64,000 bases of DNA from Macrostomum lignano. Its lineage: Eukaryota. The stretch spans positions 62,001 to 126,000 of the forward strand of contig NIVC01001346.1 of NCBI GenBank assembly GCA_002269645.1, read 5' to 3'. Below are positions 13,931-23,554 of the stretch, piece by piece. A program made the translations under genes and the position numbers. The notes beneath the pieces were generated by a model that ran no database searches, had not been told where the DNA came from, and worked only from the letters and a program-made list of their open reading frames with translations. The first letter of the stretch is position 1, and each line of letters opens with the position of its first letter.

Positions 13931-14476
13931 GGGGTTCAATATTTGGAGTTAGTAATATTTTTTTGTTTACTAGAAATCGACTTCGCTAAAACAATTTTCT
14001 CATTTCTTCATTTACTTCTATTTTTACTATCGGATAAAGTGCCATAAGCAAGTGGGAGGCTGGAAGGAAGCCGCATTGAGCATAAATTGATTCGTTGATT
14101 CCTGATCGTTCAGCACTCCCATACGGATGCCTCAAATTCAGCAGTCAAGTTTCCTCTTCCGAGAATGCCCTTCTTATCTGTTCCCTTATAATACGATGAA
14201 TATCATCCAATCTATTTGTCACAAGCCATCGTGAAATATGACTATTGATTATTAATCCTCATGCGCCACTTGTTCCGCGTGCGGATCTACAAATCAAATC
14301 GAAAGTTGAGATTGATTTGAGCTACTTTGGACTAAGAAGGCAGATGCAGTAAAACACACGTGGCGATAGAACACTATATGAGTTACTATTCTTTCTTGAC
14401 AGAATGTGAGGCTGGAGGCAGAATGCCTGATGAAAGCTAGCGAGTGAATTTCATTCAGAAAATTGGTAATTTCAAC

Positions 14477-14706
14477 GGGTTGCTTTCACAAACGCAAAAT
14501 TTTACAACCGCTAAACCACCTTCTTTCATAACCGCGAAACTTCATAACCGCGAAACTTTACAACCGCTAAAAAACTGGCGTAAATGAAAGGAAGTGCAAA
14601 AATTTAAGCGGTTGTGAAGTTTCGCGTTTGTGAAGTTTCGCGGTTGTGAAGTTTCGCGGTTATGAAGTTTCGCGTTTGTGAAGTTTCGCGTTTATGAAAC
14701 CCACCC
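14477..14706. mobile_element. 230-bp MITE (Merlin-like) with GGG-starting TIRs, inverted 16-bp subterminal repeats and an 8-bp TSD
   Basis: Left end gggttgctttcacaaacgc versus reverse complement of right end gggtgggtttcataaacgc; ATTTCAAC directly repeated at 14469-14476 and 14707-14714. Confidence 0.75.
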
Positions 14707-14747
14707 ATTTCAACCAGGGGCCGGGAAATTTCAAACAGTGAAAATGG

Positions 14748-15012
14748 AGATCTCAAACAGAGTTGCGGAGAATCTCAAACAGAGTTGCGGAGAATGTCAA
14801 ACAGAGTTGCGGAGAATCTCAAACAGAGTTGCGGAGAATCTCAAACAGAGTTGCGGAGAATCTCAAACAGATTTGCGGAGAATCTCAAACAGATTTGCGG
14901 AGAATCTCAAACAGAGTTGCGGAGAATCTCAAACAGAGTTGCGGAGAATCTCAAACAGAGTTGCGGAGAATCTCAAACAGAGTTGCGGAGAATCTCAAAC
15001 AGAGTTGCGGAG
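14748..15012. repeat. 22-bp minisatellite (CTCAAACAGAGTTGCGGAGAAT)n
   Basis: Direct inspection. Confidence 0.95.
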
Positions 15013-15603
15013 AGTGTCACAGGGTGTCAGACAGACACATATAATGTCAGACAAGACTCACAGGGTGTCAGACAGACACATAGAATGTCAGACAAGACTC
15101 ACAGGGTGTCAGACAGACACATAGAATGTCAGACAAGACTCACAGGGTGTCAGACAGACACATAGAATGTCAGACAAGACTCACAGGGTGTCAGACAGAC
15201 ACATAGAATGTCAGACAAGACTCACAGGGTGTCAGACAGACACATAGAATGTCAGACAAGACTCACAGGGTGTCAGACAGACACATAGAATGTCAGACAA
15301 AGACTCACAGGGTGTCAGACTGACACAGAATGTCACACAAGATTCACAGGGTGTCAGACAGACAAATAGAATGTCAGACAAGATTCACAGGGTGTCAGAC
15401 AGACACATAGAATGTCAGACAAGACTCACAGGGTGTCAGACTGACACAGAATGTCACACAAGATTCACAGGGTGTCAGACAGACAAATAGAATGTCAGAC
15501 AAGACTCACAGGGTGTCAGACAGACACATAGAATGTCAGACAAGACCCACAGGGTGTCAGACAGACACAGAATGTCAGACAAGACTCGCAGGGTGTCAGA
15601 CAA
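15013..15603. repeat. 41-bp minisatellite (CACAGGGTGTCAGACAGACACATAGAATGTCAGACAAGACT)n
   Basis: atagaatg recurs at 15121 and 15162. Confidence 0.95.
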
Positions 15604-15650
15604 GGCAAGTACAAGGTATCTGACAAGTGACCCCAATTGACCCCGCCAAC

Positions 15651-16026
15651 CTGAAGCTGACAACCCTGGCTCGCTGTTCTCCCTGAAACGGTTTGTACAG
15701 TCTGTCCAACCAGTTCTCAATTTTTCTAGCGTGCTGTCGAAACACGCGGCTGCGCGGATTGTTGAGCTCATATCCGAGATAAGAGTTCGACACCCAGTAC
15801 AGACTGATGGAGAGGCCCAGAATCAGCCGGCGGCAGCTGGGTAACGGTGGCTCCGCCGGGGCTCGGGTGGCCGGGTTCAGGCGGCCCGTCAGCTGGTCAG
15901 CGCAGAAGCAGACGCCGCCGCCGCACTGCAGCCTGGCGTACAGGCTGGAGTTGAACTGGTCGCAGGCGAGCGAGTAGCGAGACGGATCTCGGCGACCGTT
16001 GGCTGCTCGGTATTCGAAGCACGGGT
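15651..16026 (-). CDS. sdc: Syndecan-like gene exon 3: thyroglobulin type-1 domain plus first half of the SEA domain
   Basis: Acceptor ccatcag|AC (phase 1), donor TTCAG|gttggc (phase 2). Encodes PCFEYR...LACDQFNSSLYARLQCGGGVCFCADQLTG...PLPSC (6 Cys, QC and CxC-D motifs), then LNNPRSRVFRQHARKIENWLDRLY...RVVSF, typical of SEA. The TY part is not in the ORF track. Confidence 0.88.
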
Positions 16027-16089
16027 CTGATGGTTGTGGGGATTTAGTCAGCCAAGTTAGCGAAGGGTTAGAGGAGCTCAGATCATACC

Positions 16090-16565
16090 ATGAAGCTTAG
16101 GTTTAGATAATCCTACCTGAAGTTTAGATAATCCCGCCTGAAGCTTAGATAATCCCACCTGGATTTTAGATAATCCCACCTGAAGTTTAGATAATCCCAC
16201 CTGAAGCTTAGATAATCCCACCTGGATTTTAGATAATCCCACCTGAAGTTTAGATAATCCCACCTGAAGTTTAGATAATCCCATCTGAAGCTTAGATAAT
16301 CCCACCTGAAGTTTAGATAATCCCTCCTGAAGTTTAGATAATCCCATCTGAAGCTTAGATAATCCCACCTGAAGTTTAGATAATCCCTCCTGAAGTTTAG
16401 ATAATCCCATCTGAAGTTTAGATAATCCCTCCTGAAGTTTAGATAATCCCATCTGAAGCTTAGATAATCCCACCTGAAGTTTAGATGATCCCACCTGAAG
16501 CTTAGATAATCTCACCTGTAGCTTAAATAATTCCACCGGAAGTTTAGATAATCCCACCCGAAGTT
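16090..16565. repeat. 21-bp minisatellite (GAAGTTTAGATAATCCCACCT)n
   Basis: Direct inspection. Confidence 0.95.
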
Positions 16566-17287
16566 TCTATAATTACACGTTTAGAAAATCCCCATGATAC
16601 AAAAGTACTTTTAAGAAATTCTTAGAAATTCATCGCTCACTACGACGATAAGAGAAGGTCTCTGTAACCGTGCCTGTTAGTGCCAGAATTCAACAAGGGG
16701 CCTAACAGGCACTGAAGGTGGCAGCCTCAATTCACCGGACGCTTGTTGCTAACTAAATACCGTTATTTACCTGCCTGTGTATGAGCTGGAGTGCCAGAAG
16801 TGTCTACCTGTCTACTCGTGTCTCAGCCCTCTTTTTTCAAACAGAATCGACCCGCCGTGTGGGAAGCCTTTGCGGGATATCGTGGCACAGACTCTCAGAG
16901 ACTCAGCAGGCGGTCTAAAGTTAGTCAATCGTCTTCTGGCCAATCTTATAAACTTCTTTCGTCCGTCTTTCTTTCTTGTGACTAAAAAATTAGAGGCAGA
17001 TACGAAGCTGTGTTCTCAGCAGAAGAAGACAGACTGACGTATCTGCTTACGGAAGTTCTTTTACCTTTTTATACTGTTGGAGTGAGTCGGCTGCTTTCTG
17101 AGAAAAGGAAGCGTTCTAATAGCAGTCCCTGGTTCACAAGTAGTCAGACCTGCATGAACTAAGTTGGCTTTTCTTCCCACTTTTCATCTATTGGCTAACG
17201 GGGTGTCAGCTTATCCATCAGCTGGAAGTGGGTCCATTTGAACTTTTCGAGGCGGTGACTCTGTTCTTATGGCTGTTGGATTAAGCC

Positions 17288-18305
17288 TTAGATCTGGGAG
17301 GCTGGCCCAGCAACTGAGGATCTGGGAGGCTGGCACAGCAACTGACACTCTGGGAGGCTGGCCCAGCAGCTGAGGATCTGGGAGGCTGGCCCAGCAGCTG
17401 AGGATCTGGGAGGCTGGCCCAGCAACTGAGGATCTGGGAGGCTGGCCCAGCAACAGAGGATCTGGGAGGCTGGCCCAGAAGCTGACACTCTGGGAGGCTG
17501 GCCCAGCAGCTGAGGATCTGGGAGGCTGGCCCAGCAACTGAGGATCTGGGAGGCTGGCCAAGCAACTGACACTCTGGGAGGCTGGCACAGCAACTGAGCA
17601 TCTGGGAGGCTGGCCCAGCAACTGAGGATCTGGGAGGTTGGCCCAGCAACTGACACTCTGGGAGGCTGGCCCAGCAACTGAGGATCTGGGAGGTTGGCCC
17701 AGCAACTGAGGATCTGAGAGGCTGGCCCAGCAACTGACACTCTGGGAGGCTGGCCCAGCAGCTGAGGATCTGGGAGGCTGGCCCAGCAACTGAGGATCTG
17801 GGAGGCTGGCCCAGCAACTGAGGATCTGGGAGGCTGGCACAGCAACTGACACTCTGGGAGGCTGGCCCAGCAACTGAGGATCTGGGAGGCTGGCCCAGCA
17901 ACTGAGGATCTGGGAGGCTGGCACAGCAACTGACACTCTGGGAGGCTGGCCCAGCAACTGAGGATCTGGGAGGTTGGCCCAGCAACTGACACTCTGGGAG
18001 GCTGGCCCAGCAACTGAGGATCTGGGAGGTTGGCCCAGCAACTGAGGATCTGAGAGGCTGGCCCAGCAACTGACACTCTGGGAGGCTGGCCCAGCAACTG
18101 AGGATCTGGGAGGCTGGCCCAGCAACTGAGCATCTGAGAGGCTGGCCCAGCAACTGAGCATCTGAGAGGCTGGTACAGCAACTGAGGATCTGGGAGGCTG
18201 GCACAGCAACTAAGGATCTGGGAGGCTAGCACAGCAACTGAGCAGCTGGGAGGCTGGCCCAGAAATTCGGGATCTGAGAGGTTGGCAGTGGCCCAGCAAC
18301 TAAGG
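17288..18305. repeat. 28-bp minisatellite (CTGGGAGGCTGGCCCAGCAACTGAGGAT)n
   Basis: ctgggagg recurs at 17350 and 17378. Confidence 0.95.
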
Positions 18306-18979
18306 ATCATAAGGAAGGTGGAACCCAAGTGGAATTTAATAATAAAACTGCCACATAGAATGTGGTTCAGCACTCCGCCTCTTCTAAAAGCAGCACCGAT
18401 GCAACAATCAGAAAAAAATGACCAGTTCAACCAGGCATATCCACTTAACTCTTGGCATACATTGAGCCTGAGCTCTAATTGATGCAGCAGCACCAACCCG
18501 CACCTGAGCTTAATGAGCGATATGAAAATAGCTATGAGAAAAAAACATTTTTTTATGCCAGTTGAAGCCTAAAATGGAGCCAGCGACAGGAGCTGCAGGC
18601 CAACACCTCCCAAATCAGCCGGGGGGGGGGGGTCAACTCAGCTGCCAGCTTCATCACCTTCCACAGGATCTACCCAAAACAGCTTTTTTCTTGGCCACGC
18701 TGGATATCTCTTTTAGTAGCAATAATTCTGTTTGTCAGGCTCGATCGATAGCACTGCGATGAATTCGATGGCTGTGAATCCAGGCCTCAACCACGAGATC
18801 ATTCCATCCCGGATGTCAGGGAAATTTGCGGCAAGAACAAAGAGAGATGAAATCGAAAGTGTGAATTTTTTGTTTCTCTGTCATTCTTTTCACTACGAAT
18901 TGAGGAGACCTGAAGCTTCCGGCGTTATGCTGAGGAGCTTCATCGGATCGATGAGCAGTGTGAGGCTGACTGCCGCCTA

Positions 18980-19370
<391 letters not shown>

Positions 19371-19396
19371 TTAGTGCCTGTCCCAGAAGAGCTCAC

Positions 19397-19601
19397 AAGT
19401 GCTGCCGTCAGAGTTCCAGTCCGCGGTTGCCGAACGGTCGGTCAGGACGGGCAGGTTCAGCTGTCTCACGCTGGAGTTTTGCTGATTCGGGTCGCCAGAC
19501 TTCTCCGTTGGGCTTCTCTGGCCAGACGCTGCGGAGTCTCCGCTGCCCCAGCCGCTGCCTTCGTCGTCGCCCATCGAGCCAGCGCCGGAGCCGCTGCCGG
19601 T
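19397..19601 (-). CDS. sdc: Syndecan-like gene exon 2: glycosaminoglycan attachment region
   Basis: Acceptor catccag|ACC (phase 0), donor ACTT|gtgagc (phase 1). Encodes TGSGSGAGSMGDDEGSGWGSGDS...: Ser-Gly dipeptides flanked by acidic residues and a Trp. Confidence 0.85.
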
Positions 19602-20123
19602 CTGGATGTCGGTTTTTCATTAGAGCCTTTGGGATAAATTTCTTTCTTTTTAAACTGCTACAACGGTACAGCAACTTTTTGCATTTCTCTTAATAATCTT
19701 GTGTCGATATCAAGGTAAATTTAGTTTTCAAAGCATTTCTTTTACTGCTTTTATCCCAAAAAATCAATGATAAAATTAATTGTTAAATGTCACATTCATT
19801 TTTCTACTAGTACAAACCGCCGTGAGAAACATTTCAGTGAGAAACATTAGTGTCCATTAATACTTAGTAAATAATTACGCAATCAAGTATAGCCATTAAA
19901 GTATTTATGAATCATATAAAATTTACTAGTGAAATTTTTTGTTTTATAAGATTCTTACTTTTATTTGAATTCTAGAAATAATAGGCGCAAAAATAAATTT
20001 ATAGACTTTTGAGTTTAAAAATATAATAATAGTATAATGTATACGACATAAATTAAAATTATCGGAAAACTGTTACTATTTTTTGGCATTTTTCAAATTT
20101 GGTTGTAATATCAAATAACTTAC

Positions 20124-20216
20124 CAATCGTCTATTGTAGAGCGCAGCGGACATTGGCTGACAAATCAGTGCACACGAATATAAAAATACTTGAAATAAAA
20201 CACGCAAGCGGGTCAT
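20124..20216 (-). CDS. sdc: Syndecan-like gene exon 1: signal peptide
   Basis: MTRLRVLFQVFLYSCALICQPMSAALYNRRL followed by a consensus donor TTG|gtaagt (phase 0, matches exon 2). Five exons total 1137 nt = 378 aa plus stop. Confidence 0.85.
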
Positions 20217-20423
20217 GGAGAATGTTTTTCTGCCGCAGCGTATGTTACAGCTATTCATAGAATATTAATCAAAGATTGTGTGGCTCAATGAACACTGTTA
20301 TTGCAATCGCCAGATAAGCTTTAAATCGGCAAACAGTTTCATGCCTCAGATTTTAAATCAGTGCCTATTTCTTTTCACGCTACCGTTTAAACAAAATACA
20401 AAGTAAAACAAAAAATGACGACA

Positions 20424-20437
20424 GTTTCTATGGTAAC
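20424..20437. promoter_or_regulatory. RFX X-box GTTTCTATGGTAAC in the divergent syndecan/Flattop promoter
   Basis: Fits the 14-bp RFX consensus GTNNCYATRGNAAC, about 165 bp upstream of a ciliary gene ATG. Confidence 0.7.
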
Positions 20438-20601
20438 CAGTTAAATGCAGTTAATTGACTTTTCTTTAAAGGAAAAAAAATCATCTTAGCTTTAAAATGT
20501 AAAGTCAGTCTGCTCTTTAGTTCGCCGTGCGTTTGCTTTGCAAATGAGTACAGTGCAGTACGTGAACGTTTTGTATTAAGAAGCAGAGTGCTGCAACGAG
20601 A

Positions 20602-20628
20602 ATGGCAGCCAACTATTCAGCTAATCAG
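20602..20628 (+). CDS. CFAP126: Flattop/CFAP126 exon 1 (MAANYSANQ)
   Basis: Near-identical to the Flattop N-terminus MATNYSANQ as recalled; donor CAG|gtaaac. Confidence 0.9.
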
Positions 20629-20714
20629 GTAAACCTAAATACCTACTTAAATCTTCTATTTCTATTTTCTATTTAACTTTTGATTATGAAGACTTTAATC
20701 TCGAAAAATTTTAG

Positions 20715-20771
20715 TACGAGCACGCCTATCAGCCAAGGTACAGGCCTATACTGACAAAGCCTCCACCAAAG
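20715..20771 (+). CDS. CFAP126: Flattop/CFAP126 exon 2 (YEHAYQPRYRPILTKPPPK)
   Basis: Acceptor ttttag|TAC after an 86-nt intron; donor AAG|gtagtt; continues as YExA(F/Y) like Flattop. Confidence 0.85.
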
Positions 20772-20858
20772 GTAGTTAACAATGCGCCTGTTTTACAGAT
20801 TTCACGGATTTCGATAATTTACGTTATAATCAAACCCGGAATATTTTTCCATCCAAAG

Positions 20859-21071
20859 ATGCCAGCTGCCAGGTCCGGCGGCAGTAGGCCTATAGCGGAT
20901 TCGCGAGGCCACCTCCTGTCCGGGACGCCCAGATCGAAAAGGTCGCCTTGGGGTGACTTCAGCGGCGGCGCTTGGGCAAAAAAGGCGCCTGGGACGGATA
21001 GATGCTTCAAAACTGGGGAGGCCGACCAACGACTGCTGGCCACGGTGAACAGGTCCGGCCGGCGGAACTAA
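20859..21071 (+). CDS. CFAP126: Flattop/CFAP126 exon 3
   Basis: Acceptor ccaaag|ATG after an 87-nt intron. IADSRGHLLSGTPRSKRSPWGDF matches the Flattop core IANDRGHLLPSVPRSKANPWGSF as recalled. 98 aa if terminal. Confidence 0.9.
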   Translation: MPAARSGGSRPIADSRGHLLSGTPRSKRSPWGDFSGGAWAKKAPGTDRCFKTGEADQRLLATVNRSGRRN

Positions 21072-21482
21072 TTCCGGAAAACTGTGTATTAGCGTGAACA
21101 AACTGTTTTGATTACGAGCTCGTAAAATGAAATGAACAGACGTGAAATGACTACGATATATTGACCGTATATATGTGTATTGTAATAAGAAACAGCATGC
21201 AATGAACCGATTGGCATGACAAGAAATATTGCATGCAAGGAATATGTGTACCTTTTTCTATTTTATACAGTCTGAGCATATTAATGATGAGTACATAAGC
21301 ACTAAAAAAGTTATCAAATCGATGATGACAATTAAAAGAAACAATGTCGAGTGTGTCCCCAATCCATATGTATGATTTATATGACGATGTGCTGTCAAAC
21401 TTATTTTCAAACATTAGCTTATCATTAGTTAGGATTGAGCTTATTTGATTTAGAATTCGTTCATAACTTATTTAGCTGCTCA

Positions 21483-22020
21483 ATCTCTGACTCTAGATAT
21501 CCTATCTCTGACTCTAGATATCCTATCTCTGACTCTAGATATCCTATCTCTGACTCTAGATATCCTATCTCTGACTCTAGATATCCTATCTCTGGCTCTA
21601 GATATCCTATCTCTGACTCTAGATATCTTATCTCTGTGCCTAGATGTCCAATTTCTGGCTCTAGATATCCAATCTCTGTCTCTAGATAGCCAATCTCTGT
21701 CGCTAGATGCCCAATCTCTGTCGCTAGACACACGATCTCTGTCACTAGATTTCGAATCTCTGTCACTAGACATCCAATCCAATATCACTAGAAATCCAAT
21801 CTCTGTCCCTAGATACTCTGTCTCTGTCTCTATATTCCCAATCTCTGTCATTATATATCCAATCTGTTTCTAGATATCCAATATCTGTCTCTAGATGCCT
21901 AATCTCTGTCTCTAGATACCCAATCTCTGTCTCTAGACAGCCGATCTCTGTCACTAGATACACAATCTCTGTCACTAGATACACAATCTCTGTCTCTAGA
22001 TACCCAATCTCTGTCTCTAG
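21483..22020. repeat. 21-bp minisatellite (TCTCTGACTCTAGATATCCTA)n, degenerating rightwards
   Basis: Direct inspection. Confidence 0.9.
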
Positions 22021-22081
22021 GCGCACAATCACACGACAACCCAATAAACCCCACTATTGACGCCAGTCAGTCCGATTTCAG

Positions 22082-22408
22082 AAGACTTTTCAAGCAACGG
22101 CGGTCGCGGCCGCCGCCTCCGCCATCTCCATCGTCGGTCGCCGCCGTCAGTTGTTCGCGCAGGCGCTGATCCTTTCGTTGTCGCTGTCTTCTTCGACACT
22201 GTCGTCATCGGCGTCGGCCAAGAAGTCGTCGTCAGCTTCGTCGTGAGCATCAGCGGCGTTACCGCAGCGGGCGTCTTCTCCGCCTTTGGCGGCAGAAGCA
22301 ACAGACGGCAAGCCGAGACAAGCGTCAGCCACATCAGCGTGGCCACCGAAAACTTGGTGCACAATCGGCAGCGAAACCGTGGACGCCTGAAGTGCATGCC
22401 GCCGACAT
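22082..22408. other. Coding-like GC-rich island; strand and frame unresolved
   Basis: Plus frame open throughout, with acceptor atttcag|22082 and donor ACAT|gtgagg; two minus frames (acidic; Thr-rich with hydrophobic N-terminus) are also long. Confidence 0.45.
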
Positions 22409-22589
22409 GTGAGGTTCTGCGCACTCAGAACTTGGTCTTGTGTGGCATTCCCGCGTTTTTATGGCTAGAATTGTGTGCGCTCATCCGGCAACAGTCAGCT
22501 GCTGATTGGAACACGGGTTAAACTTTTCCGGAGTCTGCGGCTTCAAGTCCATCCATTTTATAGCTGGCTTTTTCCTACGCACTTTTGAT

Positions 22590-23105
22590 TAATACAATGA
22601 CCAGAATACAATGACCAGAATACTATGGACAGAATACTATGACCAGAATACTATGACCAGAATACAATGACCATCATACAATGACCAGAATACAATGACC
22701 AGAATACAATGACCAGCTTACAATTACTAGAATATAATTACCAGAGTTCAATGACCAGAGTACAATGACCAGCATACAATGACCAGCATACAATGACCAG
22801 AATACTATGATCAGAATACAATTACCAGAGTTTAATGGCCAGAGTACAATGACCACAATAACCAGAGTACAATGAACATAGTAAAATACATTACAATGAA
22901 CAGAGTACCATGACCAGAATACAATGACCACAATACAATGACCAGAGAACAATGAACAGAATACACGTACAATGACCAGAATACACGTACAATGACCAGA
23001 ATACAATTATCAGAACTCATTGACCAGAATACAAAGACCAGAATGTAGTGACCAGAATATAGTGACCAGAATGTAATGACCATAATATAATGACCAGATG
23101 ACCAG
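22590..23105. repeat. 14-bp minisatellite (ATGACCAGAATACA)n
   Basis: Direct inspection. Confidence 0.9.
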
Positions 23106-23185
23106 TTATTGTTCAGATTAGACTAGAATTTTCAAATGACCCCAAATGTTAGGAAAATTGCTCATAATTCTGCATCATGCCTCAG

Positions 23186-23261
23186 CCCAGTGGAACCTGA
23201 GCGCCCCATTGTCACAACAGTGCATGTCTCTAGAATAGACGGTTTTTCCTCGCCTCAATGG
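23186..23261 (+). CDS. Putative internal exon (PVEPERPIVTTVHVSRIDGFSSPQW)
   Basis: Tandem acceptors (exon start 23186 or 23191) and a strong donor TGG|gtaagc, phase 0. Confidence 0.4.
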
Positions 23262-23554
23262 GTAAGCCAACACGGCTTAAGTGAAGTGTTATCATCGATA
23301 ATTGATTAGTTTATATCTATAGGGTGCATTAAAGTGTAAGGAGTAAGGCGCACAAAAGCTTCAACAGTAACTAGCGGCTTGAGAGTCCCTCGATAATTGA
23401 CTGCCTTATAAATATTTTAGCACTAGTAGCGAACTTTTAACCTTATATGGAAGTTAGCATGCCTCAACTAAGATAAACAATTGCAGTATGGAAGTTTAAT
23501 TATTTCCCTGATTATTTCTAATGATAGCTAGAAACTTTCAATAGTCAGCGATAA

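Noticed and set aside
17211-18496. Three 300-400 aa ORFs
   Set aside because: 28-bp minisatellite with no stops in several frames
22029-22424. Signal-peptide-like Thr-rich ORF as first exon of the syndecan, which would nest Flattop in an intron
   Set aside because: No good phase-0 donor; the exon at 20124-20216 gives a signal peptide with a consensus GTAAGT donor
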